DNA of 63,818 nucleotides, filler included, from Pirum gemmata (GCA_002812295.1; 27 parts of 27 records of this genome joined end to end with filler, not necessarily neighbours in it); one strand, 5' to 3'; shown: positions 50,659 to 62,435, numbered from the whole stretch's first letter. Notes: a model not told the origin generated them from the sequence alone. A program made the numbers and translations.

Positions 50659-51175
50659 GTTTTTTGTGTTTTGTGTTTTGTTTTTTTTATGTTTTTTTGT
50701 TTTTTTGTTTTTGTTTTTGTTTTTGTTTTTGTTTTTGTTTTTGTTTTTGTTTTTGTTTTTGCTTTTGCNNNNNNNNNNNNNNNNNNNNNNNNNNNNNNNN
50801 NNNNNNNNNNNNTTAATTAATTAANNNNNNNNNNNNNNNNNNNNNNNNNNNNNNNNNNNNNNNNNNNNATAAAAAAAAAAAAAAAAGTTCTAGTCATTGT
50901 GGTCCGGAACACTTTCAGAACTTTGAGTTCTTCCAAAGACGAGCAGTGAATTTTGAGTGAAACCAGTAGTAAAGTAGCTAGTAAAGTCTGTGCAGTCAGT
51001 ACACACGTAGACTAGTTCTGATGTTTGCGGGTTTTAGGCAACGACTTTGGGACTTTTTGGGTTTTTCCCAACGTTTTTGTTGATTTTTGGCAAGGAGTAG
51101 CACAAATAGATTTTTATCACATATATATCTGATCTGATATGATTAATTTTTTTTAGTATGATATATTATATAAAA

Positions 51176-51212
51176 CAAAGACTTCAAAAAAAAAAAGTTT
51201 TTGAAGTCCTTG
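51176..51212. mobile_element. 37-bp P-like micro-element
   Basis: CAAAGACTTCAAAAA...TTTTTGAAGTCCTTG with perfect 7-bp TSD TATAAAA. Confidence 0.8.
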
Positions 51213-52207
51213 TATAAAACTGATATATCCTAGCTGATATAATATTATATCGATATGTGAAGTATATTATAATATTTAAAAAATTATAGACACTTTTTTT
51301 ATATATAAATAAATATTCCTTGGGCCTGATATATATGAGTTGAGTTGATCAGCTGTAACACTGCTGTAACCTACAGTCTGGCAGCTGTAACACTACTGTA
51401 ACCCCTGTTGTTATAAATCTAGTTATAGTCTACATATACTTTTATGATATCTAAAAAGAAGTCTGTTAACTAAATGGTGTTTAATATTATTAGGATAACA
51501 TTTGAAGTATATATAGTACATCACTGTACATGTACATGTAAGAAAACTTAAAATTATTTTATAAATTAAATGTTGCACTGTTGGTTGCAGTCAGTCATGT
51601 TGCTTAGTACCTACACCTCCCACAAATATTCGCTTTGAGTTAGTTTTTTGGTTTTTATCACGTTTTTTATCTTTCTTCTATTAAAAGACACAGTTGGTTT
51701 AAATTTGAGCAAATTTTTTTTATTTGAAAAATTAGAACATACGTAACATATTAATATTATATCGATATATACATAATACACATCATACATCATAATTATA
51801 ATGATGTATTATTTATGAATAATTTTATAATTATACTATATTATTATACATTGATCAATATAGTTATCATAATGAATTAATGATGTATTACTATAATATG
51901 ATAGCAGTAGTATTTTTACTTTGCATACTGAGTATTTTTACTCTACTAGCTAGCTAGCTAGTCTAGAGCTAGCTAGTAGTGAGACTGTGAGACTTAGTAC
52001 TAAGTTAGTAGTGGCTATTTTCAATCAGTAGACTATTTTCCTGCAGTATTTTAGTAGCTACAGAGTACAGACTACAAGGGTCTACAAAGTCTACAAAACT
52101 ACAGTAGAGTTGTCCTTGTCCATTAGTCTATCTGATAATTCTGATTGCTATTTTTTTTTTAAAATCCTATGCATAGTATTTTATTGATAGATTCTCTCTT
52201 CTATCTT

Positions 52208-52345
52208 CTATATAATTTTCCAATCTTCTATAGCATTGAGAACTTGAGAGTGGAAATAGTGTTGATATTGGGTAATAAAAATGTCAGTCGTTACTAATTC
52301 TTGACAAATTACACATAAAGGCGGGTTTACATGTAGCCAGGCTCT
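52208..52345 (-). pseudogene. Degenerate RING-H2-like fragment
   Basis: CVICQELVTTDIFITQYQHYFHSQV: first CxxC and HxFH kept, other ligands lost. Confidence 0.35.
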
Positions 52346-52436
52346 ATCTATTATTATTATCATATCTATGCTGATTCTACCTACCACTACCACCAAGTTG
52401 CACCAACACCAGTAGTCTATTCTACCAACCACTCAA

Positions 52437-52592
52437 GGAATCATCCACAATTCCACACCTAATCTTACCTATGCCTCTTTGTCCAAAACACATCTGGTCA
52501 TAATTATTTAAAAGTTCGACCTAAAACAGTTTAAAAGTTACACTTTCGAGCAATGACTTGACTTCTATTAAAGAATAAGTGACGTCCTTTTT
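52437..52592 (+). mobile_element. Harbinger-like MITE related to 30823-31205
   Basis: GGAATCATCCA...CCTAATCTT...CTAAAACAGTTTAA..ACACTTTCGAGCA..AAAGAATAAGTGACGTCCTTTTT. Confidence 0.6.
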
Positions 52593-52845
52593 TTTAATTT
52601 TTTAAAAAATAAAAACAATTAAAAAACAAAACAAATCCATCTTACCAAATATACAAAAACTTTTACTTTATATGATTATAAACTGTATAATTTTTACCTA
52701 ATTTGAATAATTTATATTTAGAATGAAAGTCGGATTTGATATTCTAGCTAGCTAGTATCCTCTAGAGCTACTATCAGATATAGATGTTCTATGTTATCAA
52801 CTATGACATGATTGACATCGATTCAAATAAATATAGTCATATCAC

Positions 52846-52923
52846 AGGAGGGGTGAGAACTCTTATGGTGAACTTTTTTGACCGAGGCACAAAGTAAATG
52901 TTGTTCGCCTGTTTCGCCTTACC
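52846..52923 (+). mobile_element. MITE family C (AGGAGGGG subfamily), truncated by contig end
   Basis: Near-identical to 60807-60884. Confidence 0.8.
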
Positions 52924-53109
52924 NNNNNNNNNNNNNNNNNNNNNNNNNNNNNNNNNNNNNNNNNNNNTTAATTAATTAANNNNNNNNNNNNNNNNNNNNN
53001 NNNNNNNNNNNNNNNNNNNNNNNTATATAGTTTACATATATATGACACTATATTGCTATCCCAGGGGTCTTTGACATTACTATTCAAAAAATAAATTATA
53101 ATAAATGTC

Positions 53110-53265
53110 GAGCTTTTCATTTATTTTGTCACCCCTGCATATTTGTTTGGTAGGTTATAACCTTTAAATTCATATTTTTAAATGGAATAAATAGATAATA
53201 AAATATAGCAAATTAAATTAAATGGATTTATATTGTATGGCAAAACAACTAGTGCCGAAAAGTAC
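53110..53265 (+). mobile_element. MITE family B
   Basis: GAGCTTTTCATTTATTTTGTCA...CAAAACAACT..GAAAAGTAC. Confidence 0.75.
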
Positions 53266-53609
53266 TATAAAAAAACAATTTACAAATATATATAATAAAT
53301 TCCTTTTTGAAAAAGGGTTTACATTAGACTCTCATTTTCCTTTTTTAGACGAAACATTCACCTCTTTATGGAATATTTTAGACTCTTCTCATTGTCCTAT
53401 TTTTGGCGTTTCTAGAGTTGCTATAACGATTACAATTTTTCTTTTATTTTGAGAAGAAAACACATCATAAATGATCTTTTTCATTACTTGTAAATCTCTA
53501 TTGCACTGTCCAAGTAAAATCAATCTTTTTTGAAACATATGCATTTAATGCTTGATGATTTTTCATTCTTTAGTTTTAAAATAACATCTCAGCGCTTTTC
53601 TGTTCACAA

Positions 53610-54920
53610 GTGAGATAGGTACGTTGAAAATACAATTTTAAAAAATAAAATGTATCAATTTCATAGTTATGAAGGTGGTTTTTTGTTTTTGGTACTTTGA
53701 GCTGATAAGAACTTTTTGAATATTAAATGTTGGTAGTTTTTTTTTTAATTTCTACCACAATATTGTTTTAAAACTTTGTGGTTGGTTAAAAAGTGACCGA
53801 TGTCTTACAAATAGGTACATTGAAAATACAACTTTAAAATAAAATGTATCAATTTCATAGTTATGACGGTGTTATTTTTTTTATTTGGTACTTTGGACTG
53901 ATAAGAACTTTTTGAATATTGAATGTCGGTAGATTTTTTTTTAATTTCTACTAGTCTCCAATAATGTTTTTTAAAACTTAGTGGTTGGTTAAAAAGAAGT
54001 TTTGAATATTGAATGTTGGTAGATTTTTTTTTTTAATTTCTACTACAATATTGTTTTATAACTTTGTGGTTGGTTGACCGATTTCTTAGAAATAGATACA
54101 TTGAGAATACAACTTTAACCAATAAAATGTATCAGTTTCATAGTTGTGAAAATGTTATTTTTTTATTTGGTACTTGGAACTGATGCTAACCCTGTGAAAT
54201 ATAGGTAAAAATTTTTATTTCTACTACAATATTGTTTAAAAATTTGTGGTTGGCTAAAAAGTGACCGATTTCTTAGAAATAAGTACATTGAAAATACAAT
54301 TTTAACGAATAAAATGTATCAATTTCATAGTTGTGAAAATTTTATTTTTTTATTTGGTACTAATAAGAACTTTTTTGAATATTGAAGGTTGGTATATATT
54401 TTTTTAAATTCTACTACAATATTGTTTAAACTGTGGTTGGTTAAAAAGTGACCGATTTCTTAAAAATACATGAAAAAAAATTTTTTTTTTCGATTTTTCT
54501 CAAGAATTTTTTTTTCTTGCGAGAATTTTTTTTCTCGAGGAAATTTCAAAATTCTAACCTGAAGCCTTTTGGCAAAAAAAAAATAATTCTCATGGGAATC
54601 TACCCAAAAAAAATAGGAGAGGTGACACTCTGTTTTTGGTAATTTCGCTGTTCATTCCTGGAACGATAGAATTTTTTGAAAAAACTCATATGAGAATTTT
54701 GCAAAAAAAAGATTGACAGTCGGACTGTCAATCTTTTACCCTCCGAAAAGACTCGCAAGAATTTTATTTTATCNAATATTGTTTAAACTGTGGTTGGTTA
54801 AAAAGTGACCGATTTCTTAAAAATACATGAAAAAAAAAAAAGTTGCCAAAAACCCTATTAACAAATAAAATGTATAAATTTCATAGTTATGAAGTTGTTA
54901 TTTTTTTTATTTGGTACCAA
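53610..54920. repeat. ~190-bp diverged tandem satellite (5-6 units) with a ~295-bp interruption at 54481-54773
   Basis: Recurring ATAAAATGTATCAATTTCATAGTT, TTTGGTAC, TGTGGTTGGTTAAAAAGTGACCGAT. Confidence 0.85.
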
Positions 54921-55229
54921 TTAAAGAATTACTTTACGACGTTTTCTTTTATGTTTGATTTTGTATTGGTTCTCAGCTTCTCCAAAAAATTTATAATCGT
55001 CGGAGACCTCACGTTTTAAAAAGTTTAGGGCAGCAAAATTAAATCCAAGAGTATCCTGTATTATTATTTGTTAATTAATTAATTAATTAATTAATTAATT
55101 AATTAATTAATTAAATAATTAATAAATTANNNNNNNNNNNNNNNNNNNNNNNNNNNNNNNNNNNNNNNNNNNNTTAATTAATTAANNNNNNNNNNNNNNN
55201 NNNNNNNNNNNNNNNNNNNNNNNNNNNNN

Positions 55230-57205
55230 TTAAAAAATCCATCGAAAAATAATCGGGTATGTTTTTTTTTTAAAAAGTTTTTTCATTTGTTCTCTTTATT
55301 TTTTTCTGTTTAATATACAAATCAAAAAATTAATCGAAAAATAATCAGGTATTTTTTTTTTTCTAAAAACCTTTTCATTGGTTTTCTTTATTTTTTTCTG
55401 TCTAACATACAAATTAAAAAATCCATCGAAAAATAATCGGGTATGTTTTTTTTTTAAAAAAACTTTTTCATTTGTTCTCTTTATTTTTTTCTGTTTAATA
55501 TACAAATCAAAAAATCCATCGAAAAATAATCAGGTATTTTTTTTTTCTAAAAACTTTTTCATTAGTTTTCTTTATTTTTTTCTGTCTAACATACAAATTA
55601 AAATCCATCGAAAAATAATCGGGTATGTTTTTTTTTTAAAAAAAAAATTTCATTTGTTCTCTTTATTTTTTTCTGTTTAATATACAAATCAAAAAATGCA
55701 TCGAAAAATAATCGGGTATGCTTTTTTTTCTAAAAACTTTTTCATTGGTTTTCTTTATTTTTTTCTGTCTAATATACAAATTAAAAAATCCATCGAAAAA
55801 TAATCGGGTATGTTTTTTTTTAAAAAAAACTTTTTCATTTGTTTTTTTCTGTTTAATGTACAAATAAAAAAACACATCGAAAAATAATCGGGTGTGTTTT
55901 TTTTTTAAAAAAACTTTTTCATTGGTTTTCTTTATTTTTTTTTGTCTAATATACAAATTAAAAAATCCATCGAAAAATAATCGGGTATGTTTTTTTTTTA
56001 AAAAAACTTTTTAATTGGTTCTCTTTATTTTTGTCTGTTTAATATACAAATTAAAAAATACATCGAAAAATAATCGGGTATGTTTTTTTTTTTTCAAAAA
56101 CTTTTTCATTGGTTTTCTTTTTTTTTTTTTTTAATATACAAATCAAAAAATCCATCGAAAAATAATCGGTGCGTTTTTTCTAAAACTTTTTTCATTGGTT
56201 CTCTGGTTTGTTTGTTTTTCTAAAAATATATTCTATTGGTTCACTGCATTTTTTTCTGCTTAACACTACAAATAAAAAAATCCATCGAAAAATAATCGGG
56301 TATGTTTTTTTTTGAAAAAAAAACTTTTTCATTTGTTCTCTTTATTTTTTGTTTTTAATATACAAATAAAAAAATCCATCGAAAAATAACCGGTGCGTTT
56401 TTTCTAAAACTTTTTCCACTGGTTCTCTGGTTTGTTTGTTTTAATAAAAATATTTTCTATTGGCTCACTGGATTTTTTCCTGTCTAACACTACAAATCGA
56501 AAAATCCATCGAAAAATAATCGGGTATGTTTTTTTTTTTTAAAAAACTTTTTCATTTGTTCTCTTTATTTTTTTCTGATTAATATACAAATCAAAAAATC
56601 CATCGAAAAATAACCGGTGCGTTTTTTCTAAAACCCTTTTCATTGGTTCTCTGGTTTGTTTGTTTTTGGTTCACTGCATTTTTTTCTGTCTAACATTACA
56701 AATCAAAAAATCCATCGAAAAATGATCAGGTATGTTTTTTTTTTTAAAAAAAACTTTTTCATTAGTTCTCTTTATTTTTTTCTGTCTGATACTGCAAATT
56801 AAGAAATTCACAGAAAAACAATCTGTGCGTTTTATCTAAAACTTTTTTCATTGGTTCTCTGGTGTGTGTGTTTTTCTAAAAACTTTTTTTATTAATTATC
56901 TGCCAGGAAGATACGGGAAAACATAATCGAATCAAACAGCTCGATCCTAATTATTAAATAGTAACAATTTAGAAATGATATTCTTTTTTTTTTTTAGTTT
57001 CAAGTTTTTTCTATGAAATTTCTAAGAATTCTTAAGAATGTTTTAATGAAATCAAAAGTGAGTCAATAATTAAAATTAGATCGAAAGTTTCTGAAAGTTT
57101 CGAACTAGCCTCGATTCGATGGTTTTTCCCGCTTCTCCCTGTATTTTTTCTGTCTAATACTACAAATTAAAAAATCCATCGAAAAATAATCGGGTGTTTT
57201 TTTGT
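55230..57205. repeat. ~92-bp satellite (~18 units) with longer ~130-bp variants alternating in the distal half
   Basis: Core AAAAAATCCATCGAAAAATAATCGGGTATG at 55232, 55324, 55416, 55508 and onward. Confidence 0.93.
56904..57141. mobile_element. MITE family E (~240 bp, CAGG termini) inserted in the 92-bp satellite
   Basis: Imperfect ~30-bp TIRs CAGGAAGATACGGGAAAA..ATCGAATC / GATTCGATGGTTTTTCCCGCTTCTCCCTG; same right end at ~8745-8809; no clear TSD. Confidence 0.7.
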
Positions 57206-57463
57206 TTCTAAATCCTTGAAATTGCCAAAAATTAATTGTATTACTATTATCACTCTCACTACTACTATTACTAATACTCTTTCTATTATTATTATTATTA
57301 TTATTATTNNNNNNNNNNNNNNNNNNNNNNNNNNNNNNNNNNNNNNNNNNNNTTAATTAATTAANNNNNNNNNNNNNNNNNNNNNNNNNNNNNNNNNNNN
57401 NNNNNNNNTATAAACAACCAAATAAATATTTGAAGTGACAAAATACCACAATAGATGAAAAAA

Positions 57464-57686
57464 AGTAGGGGCGAGACTTTTTTCGAACAGATGCTTATCG
57501 AGCCAACCTTTAGTTCCGTATTTTTTACTAATAATAGCAGTTAAATAGCTTAAAATAGTAAATCTAATTATAATAGATCCCAATTAAAGTACCAATATTA
57601 ACATTAATAGTAATAAAAACCATAAAAGTCGGAAAAGTTCTGGCAGGTGTTCGGTAATAATAAAATGACGTCATCTCACCCCTACT
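57464..57686 (+). mobile_element. MITE family C, inside the TIR of a family B copy
   Basis: AGTAGGGGCGAGA / TCTCACCCCTACT; flanks ATGAAAAA(A) / ATGAAAAA; reverse complement of 30847-31077. Confidence 0.88.
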
Positions 57687-57747
57687 ATGAAAAACACCTC
57701 TAGAATTATTACGTCATTATGACGTAAATTACAAACATGGTAATAAA

Positions 57748-57890
57748 CATGAGCTCAAAAAATATCAAAATGATCCAATGTTTACAAAAGTACTACCAAA
57801 TTTTGATAATCTTTTAAATAGCAAAAAACTCTATTATGTACCAATGGCTAGTTTTTAAAAATAATTTGGCTGGTTAATATTTTAAAAGAT
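57748..57890 (+). mobile_element. MITE family D, internal fragment
   Basis: ATGAGCTCAAAAAA...AAAAGTACTACCAAA...ACCAATGGCTAGTTTTTAAAAATAATTTGGCT. Confidence 0.65.
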
Positions 57891-58394
57891 GCTTTTGTCA
57901 AAATGCTTTTGTCAAAATTGTTACCCCCTTTTAGTCTTTATTATTGGTCAAAATAATAATAATAAACTATCTCTGGTCCAGGAGTGGTCCGAATTCTGCC
58001 CCTTTCTGCTTCTGCCTTCTGCCTCGAAAAGCTCGATTTCTGCCGAGAAGAATTTCTGGTCTGTTTGGTCTGTTCGACATTATTTTTCGAGTTTATTTAT
58101 AAATACATAGGTTCGAATATTTCAAGTTTAAATTTGATAGAATTTTTTTTTTTTTTTTTTCGAGTTAGAGAGGAAAAATACCATTTTGTCACTTCTCAAA
58201 AAGGCAAAATTCTGCCCGGGCAGAAACTTTTTTCAACCAATAAAATGAGAAAAAAAAAGATGCAAATTTATATAGTAACATCACTTTTTAAAAACTACCC
58301 CTCGGCTTTATATTTTTTGAACCGGATCGATACAGAAAAATGTCTCGAATCATATTCTTCTATTATTATTTTTGATTTTTTAAATTGATCGAGC

Positions 58395-58520
58395 AAATAA
58401 ATATACTTGAATACTTAGCTGTTAGCTTAAAATTTTCGAACTTATTTACTTAATGAATAGGCTCGAAAACTCAATTTTTTAACGAGGGTTAGGGTTAGGG
58501 TTAGGGTTAGGGTTAGGGTT
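58395..58520 (-). mobile_element. MITE family A fragment ending directly in (TTAGGG)6
   Basis: ATACTTGAATACTTAGCTGTTAGCTTAAAATTTTCGAACTTATTT...AGGCTCGAAAA then GAGGGTTAGGG repeats. Confidence 0.7.
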
Positions 58521-58530
58521 ATATTTTATT

Positions 58531-58693
58531 TGTAGGGGTGAGATATCTATCATACTGGAACTTTTTTCGAACATATGCTTATCGAGCCAACCTTAGTTCC
58601 GTGTTTCTTACTAATAATAGTAGTTAATTAGCTTAAAATAGTAAATCTAATTATATTAGATACCAATTAAAGTAATAATATTAACATTAATAG
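58531..58693 (+). mobile_element. MITE family C, truncated
   Basis: TGTAGGGGTGAGAT...TTCGAACATATGCTTATCGAGCCAACCTTAGTTCCG, colinear with 57464. Confidence 0.8.
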
Positions 58694-59088
58694 AAGGAAA
58701 AGCCTTTTTATGTATATTCAATGCTTTTAATAAGGGCCCTCTCGTGGTTTTTTTATTAATACAATACTTAATACCATTTTTTGAGAGGTGTTAATGACGT
58801 CATAAACCTTTTATGTATATTCAATGCTTTTAATATGGGCCCTCTCGTGGTTTTTTATTAATTACTTAATTAATACCATATATTCTGAGAGGTGTTGATG
58901 ACGTATATAAGAAGGAAAAGCCTTTTTATGTATATTCAATGCTTGTAATAAGGGCCCTCTCGTGGTTTTTTATTAATATAATACTTAATACCATCTACTA
59001 TGAGAGGTGTTGATGACGTATATAAGAAGGAAAAGCCTTTTTATGTTGCTTTTATTAATAAGGGCCCTCTCGTGGTTTTTTTATTAAT
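58693..59088. repeat. ~105-bp tandem repeat x4
   Basis: GAAGGAAAAGCCTTTTTATG...AAGGGCCCTCTCGTGGTTTTTTATTAAT...TGAGAGGTGTTGATGACGT. Confidence 0.88.
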
Positions 59089-59658
59089 GATTTTTTTTTA
59101 TTATTATTTGCTGATATACATAATAACAAAAACATTCCGTTGCTCTTATATATATATAAATGAGAAGACAATTTTAAATGCTAAAACCGTACCATTTTTT
59201 TTTGATGGCGCCATTTTAAGTAGAAGTTTCCATTTTAATAATTGCTACTGCGATTTTTAGGAATACTAAAACCGTGCAAATTAAAAAGGTCTGTCGTAAA
59301 TGCCAAAACCGCCGAAAAAAGCGCAATATAGGGTGGTGGTGGTGGATATGAAGATGAAGACCTTTTTGATTATAAATGCTAAAACCGTGCAAATTATTTT
59401 AATGGCGCAATTTTAAATAAAAGTTTCCATTTTAATATTTATAATGCGATTTTTAGGAATACTAAAACCGTACAAATTAAAANNNNNNNNNNNNNNNNNN
59501 NNNNNNNNNNNNNNNNNNNNNNNNNNTTAATTAATTAANNNNNNNNNNNNNNNNNNNNNNNNNNNNNNNNNNNNNNNNNNNNTGCTTTACGTAATGTATA
59601 TATAGCTAGTTTTTTTTTTACATTACGTAAAGCATATACATATTCCCTTAGAATAATT

Positions 59659-59845
59659 GTCCTTTTCGTTTATTTTGTCTGAAATTTGTCACTATGAATA
59701 TTTATTTGGTATGTTATAACCTTTAAATCGACATTTTTAAATGAATCAATAGATAATAAAATATACCAAATAAAATTAAATGGTTTATATTTTAATTAAT
59801 TTGGCACTCTTTACTGTATATTTGGTGATGCCTAAACAACTGAAG
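59659..59845 (+). mobile_element. MITE family B (further copies 60474-60580 internally deleted, 62780-62922 and 44487-44512 partial)
   Basis: GTCCTTTTCGTTTATTTTGTC...AAACAACTGAAG; shared interior. Confidence 0.75.
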
Positions 59846-60799
59846 TCTTTTCTATGCATGAAGAGCTATAATACAAACAGACATGTTTGTTTTAGGTTTT
59901 CATACTAATACATCATGAACATCGAAAACCCCCAAAACAACAGTTCTTAGAAAATAATTGAAAAAATACTTCAAAATAATAATAATACACAATTAATATT
60001 ATCATATTAATTAATAAAGTGTCTATATATTATACTTCAGAACTACTTCAGAACAACTAATAGATCTTCACGCAATGTTATTATTTTATCAATTATATAT
60101 ATTATTATTAATACCCATGCATGCATTTTCCCCCAATTACATAACTTGCCCCGTTTTTGTTTGCGTTGTTGTTCTGGAATAACATCAGCAACACTCATTC
60201 ATAGTTTAGTAAACGATTTATATAATTAAATTATAAGTTCGAAATTCCACCTATCAACGTTAAAGGTTTTTGAAAAAGTCCCGAAAGACCCAAATCTGGT
60301 TCCATATATTTAAATATAATGTTTATATTCTTCACATTTTCTTATCGCAGCAGATGGTTCTCATTGTGATGAATGAATCCTTCACTAGTAATTAACTCAC
60401 TACTCCGAATTCATATTAATTAATACTACTATATATATAGGTAGTTACTAGGTACAGTTATCGCAATATTATCGTGCTTTTCATTTATTTTGTCAATCTG
60501 AATACTTGTTTGGAGGGTTATAATATTTATTTGGTATTATTTATTGCATATTTTATGATGACAAAACAACTGAAAAACACTATATAGGTCTATACACCAT
60601 ATAGTAGTAGGTGTTTGGAGTTTGGGGTAGGATTGTTGGGGTAGCTGAACGGTAGCTGTGTTGGGGTAGGGTTAGTGAGGTGTTGGGGTAGCTGTTGGGA
60701 ACTTGGGGTAGTGTTGGGAACTTGGGGTAGTGTTGGGGAGTGTTGGGGTCTGGGGAATGGAATTCCGAATTCAGCAGCTTTTTTTTAAAAAAACCTGAC

Positions 60800-61079
60800 C
60801 AAGGACAGGAGGGGTGAGAACTCTTATGGCGAACTTTTTTGACCGAGGCACAAAGTAAATGTTGTTCACCTGTTTCGCCTTACCATATTTAGTATTTGTA
60901 ATTATTTATTTAGTAACTATCTATTTAAGTAGTTACTTTAAAAAGAGTTTATTATACTATNTTTATAGTAACTTTAGGCAAATTTCTGGAAGTTCGCCGG
61001 TCCGAGCATCCAATTGGTAAGATGACGTCATCTCGTCCCTCCTCCAAGGACTTCAAAAAAAGAACTTTTGAAGTCCTTG
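60800..61079. mobile_element. 35-bp P-like micro-element split by a family C insertion
   Basis: Outer perfect 7-bp TSD ACCTGAC (60793-60799, 61080-61086); body CAAGGACTTCAAAA..TTTTGAAGTCCTTG (61045-61079). Confidence 0.85.
60807..61043 (+). mobile_element. MITE family C (AGGAGGGG subfamily), 8-bp TSD
   Basis: TIRs AGGAGGGGTGAGA / TCTCGTCCCTCCT; perfect TSD CCAAGGAC (60799-60806, 61044-61051). Confidence 0.9.
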
Positions 61080-61818
61080 ACCTGACGCAAAGGCTGATGA
61101 TAATGACGCAGAGTATGATTATAATGACGCAATTTTTAGACTTTTATCAGCTTGTTCCCTTTTTCACTGTTTTTTTCACATAGACACTTATTTACCTAGG
61201 ACCTATTTATTATTTTATTTATTTATGATATCTATTTATTTATTTATATATTAGTAGTCTAGCACTAGTCTACCAGTAGTCTTACAGTGTTAATAAATAT
61301 TATAATAACATTTCTATATATGTAGTGAATAAGCAACAACAACCAAACAACCATAGTAATCACCACCACCACCACCACAATCACAACCACAACCACATTC
61401 AAAACCACAACCACAACCACAACAGCTTCTACAACCAAAACAACCAGAACAACCGAGAGCAACCAAAATAATCACCACCACCACCACCACCACAATAACC
61501 AAACCACAACAAACACAATAGTAGCAACAACAGCAACAGCAATAATAATAACAAATTATAAATGCTCTAAAAATGAGTTCAGCTTGTGCAAATTTTCCTG
61601 GGACATCAAATAGAGTTGAGTATTTACTTATTACCAATTTTATTATTATTATTATTATTATTNNNNNNNNNNNNNNNNNNNNNNNNNNNNNNNNNNNNNN
61701 NNNNNNTTAATTAATTAANNNNNNNNNNNNNNNNNNNNNNNNNNNNNNNNNNNNNNNNNNNNAGTTCCAGTTAATTCTGGAGTTATTGGTGGGAGAGAAT
61801 TTGTAGTAGATTTGACAT

Positions 61819-61832
61819 TCAGTTAATGGGAA

Positions 61833-61866
<34 letters not shown>

Positions 61867-62109
61867 GTTGTTGTTGTTGTTGTTATTGTTATTGTTATTA
61901 GGAGTATTTTTCACAAGGTATTTAACTTGGTTAGGGTGCATTAATTTTTTATTGTGTAAATATTTCATTTCCTCCAAAAGTTCAAAGACCCATTCTTCTT
62001 GGAAAAAATTATCAATCACAGCAAAACCATTTTCTTTGAGGTCAGCAATCTCTTTTTCTGTGATCACTTTTCGAAATCTATCTTCTATTTGTTCATTTGT
62101 TACTTTCAT
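61819..62109 (-). CDS. N-terminal fragment resembling 2-oxoglutarate/Fe(II) oxygenases
   Basis: EIADLKENGFAVIDNFF.EE....LLEE is the typical N-terminal strand/helix; catalytic HxD...H not within the contig. Confidence 0.5.
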
Positions 62110-62224
62110 TTTGATATTTCTTTTTTTATTTTTATTTTTTAATAGTAGTAGTAGTAATAATAATATAATAATATTGGTAGTAGTGGTAGTAATCCTTATT
62201 TAAAAGCAAAGTTATTGATTAGTA

Positions 62225-62435
62225 AGCGTGCCTTGTTGAAGTGTTTTCGTAATTTGGATGTTAGGTCTGCCTTATCGATGCCGCGCGATTTGGTGGTTTA
62301 GGTGGTTACGAGGTGGTTGTCGGTGTTCTTGTGTTCAGGAAGACTTGTTGTGTTTGGTTTCCTTTTTTGCCTTGTTGAGAATTAATGAGGCTTTAAGTTT
62401 ACGTGTGCGGGATTTGGTGTTTGATAAGTTTCATA
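62225..62435 (+). pseudogene. Degraded tyrosine-recombinase fragment (DIRS/Crypton-like)
   Basis: CLVSFFALLRINEALSLRVRDLVF matches YR box I (F..LLR..E.L.L...D); upstream frame KRALLKCFRNLDVRSALSMPRDLVV* is frameshifted/stopped; locally GC-richer. Confidence 0.6.
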
